From an uncultured Gammaproteobacteria bacterium (GTDB lineage: Bacteria; Patescibacteriota; Patescibacteriia; UBA9934): a stretch of DNA of 64,000 bases. Under the pieces are notes generated by a model, which saw only the letters and a program-made list of their open reading frames with translations, had not been told where the DNA came from and made no database searches. The position numbers and the translations under genes are program-made. This document shows positions 62,190 to 64,000 of the stretch, in pieces (the stretch's first letter is position 1; each line of letters begins with the position of its first letter). The DNA lies in the NCBI GenBank assembly GCA_964613815.1, contig CAZTKG010000001.1, positions 136,895 to 200,894 on the forward strand, read 5' to 3'.

Positions 62190-62819
62190 ATGAAATCCTC
62201 CCTTTTCCGCCTTGCCGCTTGGATGGTCCCCTCGATCGTTCCGGCGCTCGGGGCGTCCGCGTCTGCGTGGGCTGTGTTCGAGGTCGGCGGTACCACTCCG
62301 CTTCTGTTGCTTGGCGCGTTTCTGTTTTGCTGGATCATCAGCATTGGGTTCTCGAAGAGCCTTTTGAACGTGATGAGCACGACGGATATCCTCGTTTCGT
62401 CTGATCGGATGATGCGTGAGCATATTGGTCGCATCATGACGTTCTCACATCGCCAGTTTGACCATCTTCCGCGTGATCTTGACGAGGCGCTTCGGACAAT
62501 GATTGAGCGACGTGACGTGCATCGCGCGACGATCCTCATTGCCATGACGGACTGTCTGGACATGATGGCGCGTCATGCTGACCGCCCTGGCTCTGAAATC
62601 CTGATCCGGCATTTGGGGATTGTGTTCATGACGATTGCTGGACGGCAGAGCACGGATGTCGTTCGTCGACTTCTTACTGAGACGCCGAGCGCTTCGGCAG
62701 CAATGAGGGCCGGCGTTGCCGCGTTTGGCGGCATGGAAGGCTTTGCCATCTATGGCTCGAATGCGATCGGCAAGATCGTGCGGGACTATTACGACTCACT
62801 TCCGGCGAACGCGGCGTAA
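62190..62819 (+). CDS. Small two-TM membrane protein (209 aa); array member 8
   Basis: Ribosome-binding site GGAGAG. TM hairpin. Terminator GACCCGACTGGGTC plus T-run. Confidence 0.5.
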   Translation: MKSSLFRLAAWMVPSIVPALGASASAWAVFEVGGTTPLLLLGAFLFCWIISIGFSKSLLNVMSTTDILVSSDRMMREHIGRIMTFSHRQFDHLPRDLDEALRTMIERRDVHRATILIAMTDCLDMMARHADRPGSEILIRHLGIVFMTIAGRQSTDVVRRLLTETPSASAAMRAGVAAFGGMEGFAIYGSNAIGKIVRDYYDSLPANAA

Positions 62820-62830
62820 GCTGCTATGCG

Positions 62831-62856
62831 TTGACCCGACTGGGTCTTTTTTTCTT
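62831..62856 (+). terminator. Rho-independent terminator
   Basis: GACCC-GACT-GGGTC plus TTTTTTTC. Confidence 0.6.
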
Positions 62857-62867
62857 TGTCGCAGCTG

Positions 62868-62950
62868 TCATCCTGAGGCACGGAGGATCCATTCTTCGCT
62901 GAAGCTTCGAAGGGTTCATATGCCCCCGGCATATGAAAAAAATCACCACC
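62868..62950. repeat. REP-C partial copy (TGTCATCCTGAGGCACGGAGGATCCATTCTTCGCTGAAGCTTCGAAGGGTTCATATGCCCCCGGCATATG...)
   Basis: The left arm matches the REP-C at 46077. The inner part matches the inverted 58940 copy. Confidence 0.65.
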
Positions 62951-62963
62951 GCGGGTGCGGTGG

Positions 62964-63599
62964 CTAGGTGTCCCTCTTTGCCGGCGGAGGCGCGTCGAGA
63001 TCGTTCTTGATGACATCGACCAGGCGCTTGGTCTCGAGCTTGTGGAGCTCGAAGTCCTTACGTGCCTGCTTGAGGTCAGACCAGGTTCGGATGTGGCGGA
63101 GCTGCGCGTGCTTGATCCATGCGTCTCTCAGGAGCATGTATGCGCCGTTGATCGTTGAGTGGTGTGTCCCGCGCACGAGTGGTGTATCGCCAAAGTGCTT
63201 GAGATAGTCCTTTGCGGCAACGCGATTCCTGTGCCACCCGTCCAGAGCCTTGGTCATGTCGAGGAGAATCTTGAGATAGGAGTCCCCGTTTTCGTAATCG
63301 GTGAGATCAGCATCTACACTGTCGAACTCGATGTCGATGACGCGTACCAAGACTTCTTCCATGAGCTCTGTACGGAACTCTGGCTCGTCCTGCGTATCCG
63401 ATCTGATGGCGGAGTTGGCACGGATCGTGATGAGCTTCGCGGTCTCGTCGTAGTGATGGAGCGACTCCATCGTGAGTGCGAAGGCGCCGTCGGCGAGGCG
63501 TTCGGAGCGCTGATACATGCGCTCGGCTGAGACGCCAGCGAGGAAGACAGTGATGAAGATCAGGAAGCCGATAGCTGCCTTGACTGCGTTTCTGTTCAT
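62964..63599 (-). CDS. Membrane-anchored/secreted hypothetical protein (211 aa from MNRNAVKAAIGFLIFITVFLAGVSA)
   Basis: Promoter TTGACA-N17-TAAAAA and ribosome-binding site GGAG upstream. Signal-anchor helix. Confidence 0.45.
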   Translation of the reverse strand: MNRNAVKAAIGFLIFITVFLAGVSAERMYQRSERLADGAFALTMESLHHYDETAKLITIRANSAIRSDTQDEPEFRTELMEEVLVRVIDIEFDSVDADLTDYENGDSYLKILLDMTKALDGWHRNRVAAKDYLKHFGDTPLVRGTHHSTINGAYMLLRDAWIKHAQLRHIRTWSDLKQARKDFELHKLETKRLVDVIKNDLDAPPPAKRDT

Positions 63600-63624
63600 G
63601 ACTTTCTCCAGAAAAGAACGCTTG

Positions 63625-63653
63625 TTTTTATCATTTTTTTGCGGATTTGTCAA
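63625..63653 (-). promoter_or_regulatory. Sigma70-like promoter TTGACA-17-TAAAAA on the minus strand
   Basis: Reverse complement of 63600-63665: ...TTGACAaatccgcaaaaaaatgaTAAAAA...ggagaaagtCATG. Confidence 0.5.
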
Positions 63654-63659
63654 TGCCTT

Positions 63660-63735
63660 TCCCCATCTCGACCTTGTGGAGAGATCCTGCGCTCTTGATG
63701 ACCGCTAAGATCTCTCCACAAGGTCGAGATGGGAA
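63660..63735. repeat. REP-A palindromic element
   Basis: CCCCATCTCGACCTTGTGGAGAGATCCTGCGCTCTTGATGACCGCTAAGATCTCTCCACAAGGTCGAGATGGGAAGC. Confidence 0.85.
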
Positions 63736-63765
63736 GCTTGAGCGACTTCCTCCATTTAACAACCA

Positions 63766-63792
63766 AAAAGAGCCCATTCGGGGCTCTTTTTG
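63766..63792. terminator. Bidirectional rho-independent terminator (AAAAAGAGCCCATTCGGGGCTCTTTTT)
   Basis: Stem GAGCCC/GGGCTC flanked by A and T runs. Confidence 0.6.
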
Positions 63793-63828
63793 GCAATGCT
63801 TGGCGGATGCTCCAACCGCTTGCTGTGG

Positions 63829-64000
63829 CTACTCGCGATGCGGAGCAAAGAAGATGACTGAGGCGTGTTTTTCGCCATTTTCGTCTTCTTCAAATTTTAG
63901 GCCGATGCGGATCCCTTCTTCTAGACTCGATTCTGAAACTTCGTCGGTTTTTGAGAGGAACTCTGTTTCATCGGTGTAGGTGACCTCGATCTCGTTACCA
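63829..64000 (-). CDS. C-terminal end (57 aa) of an unidentified protein; the gene body lies beyond the right window edge
   Basis: Minus-strand frame reads ...GNEIEVTYTDETEFLSKTDEVSESSLEEGIRIGLKFEEDENGEKHASVIFFAPHRE*, followed by the terminator. Confidence 0.4.
   Translation of the reverse strand, partial: GNEIEVTYTDETEFLSKTDEVSESSLEEGIRIGLKFEEDENGEKHASVIFFAPHRE

Noticed and set aside
13939-63735. Possible CRISPR array, given the repeated about 26-nt motif CCCATCTCGACCTTGTGGAGAGATCT seen many times
   Set aside because: Copies are 1-5 kb apart with irregular spacing. Each occurs as an inverted pair forming its own hairpin, and they lie between or inside unrelated genes. No cas genes are present. 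The repeats are REP/MITE-like palindromes, not CRISPR repeats.
1-64000. Alternative genetic code or stop-codon reassignment, for example UGA recoding typical of some small-genome lineages
   Set aside because: Long housekeeping ORFs (lepA, dnaG, pilB, rpoD, cysS) end at ordinary TGA/TAA/TAG stops. TGA is used in ATGA overlaps. There are no internal stops in conserved genes. The single in-frame TAG at 48076 is isolated.
1-64000. rRNA genes, integrase, transposase or prophage remnants
   Set aside because: No stretch resembling 16S/23S/5S conserved blocks was seen. No ORF carries tyrosine-recombinase (R..H..R..Y) or DDE-transposase hallmarks. The mobile-element signal in the window is limited to non-autonomous palindromic repeats and the TA islet.

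Overview
This 64 kb window looks like a compact bacterial chromosome segment using the standard genetic code, and nearly all recognisable housekeeping genes lie on the minus strand. Ordered by coordinate, the minus strand carries the following. A partial sensor protein lies at the left edge. A cluster of secreted and surface-anchored paralogs includes signal peptidase I (lepB, on the plus strand). A signalling cluster holds a CheY-like receiver, a PAS histidine kinase, a glyA-like serine hydroxymethyltransferase (plus strand), a coiled-coil protein (plus) and a FIST sensor protein (plus). A complete Gram-positive/CPR-style type IV pilus operon runs pilB, pilC, pseudopilins, a 921-aa pilin-like tip protein, pilM and the major pilin. 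After that come rpoD-dnaG, the branched-chain amino-acid ABC transporter livKHMGF, an M20 peptidase, lepA, mnmA, dnaX, a membrane-anchored T4SS-like (VirB4/VirD4-superfamily) ATPase, and cysS. Interspersed on the plus strand are GC-rich monocistronic hypothetical genes, each with its own sigma70-like promoter (TTGACA-N17-TAnnnT), ribosome-binding site and rho-independent terminator. These include a tandem array of eight small two-TM membrane proteins (57.7-62.8 kb), four soluble hypotheticals (50.3-53.0 kb) and three Zn-ribbon proteins (35.2-37.6 kb). The window also holds a tRNA-Gln(CUG) with a consensus promoter, followed by an AT-rich RelE/ParE-type toxin-antitoxin islet. The most striking feature is a dense population of palindromic MITE/REP-like elements. 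REP-A (CCCATCTCGACCTTGTGGAGAGATCT...AGATCTCTCCACAAGGTCGAGATGGG) has 15 copies. REP-B, about 130 nt, has a CCCATCCTGAGGAGGG core and four copies. REP-C is related. Most copies sit in intergenic terminator positions, but REP-B is inserted in-frame inside mnmA, and REP-B with a REP-A nested inside it is inserted in-frame inside dnaX, reminiscent of Rickettsia palindromic elements. Other oddities are an in-frame amber codon just after the signal peptide of a promoter-equipped secreted-protein gene, a CysRS with TIGN in place of HIGH, and a leaderless-looking gene start. No CRISPR array, rRNA, integrase or transposase was found. Taxonomy is uncertain: the monoderm-type pilus locus, the T4SS-like ATPase and the small dnaX suggest a small-genome, possibly CPR/Saccharibacteria-like, bacterium, but that is inference only.
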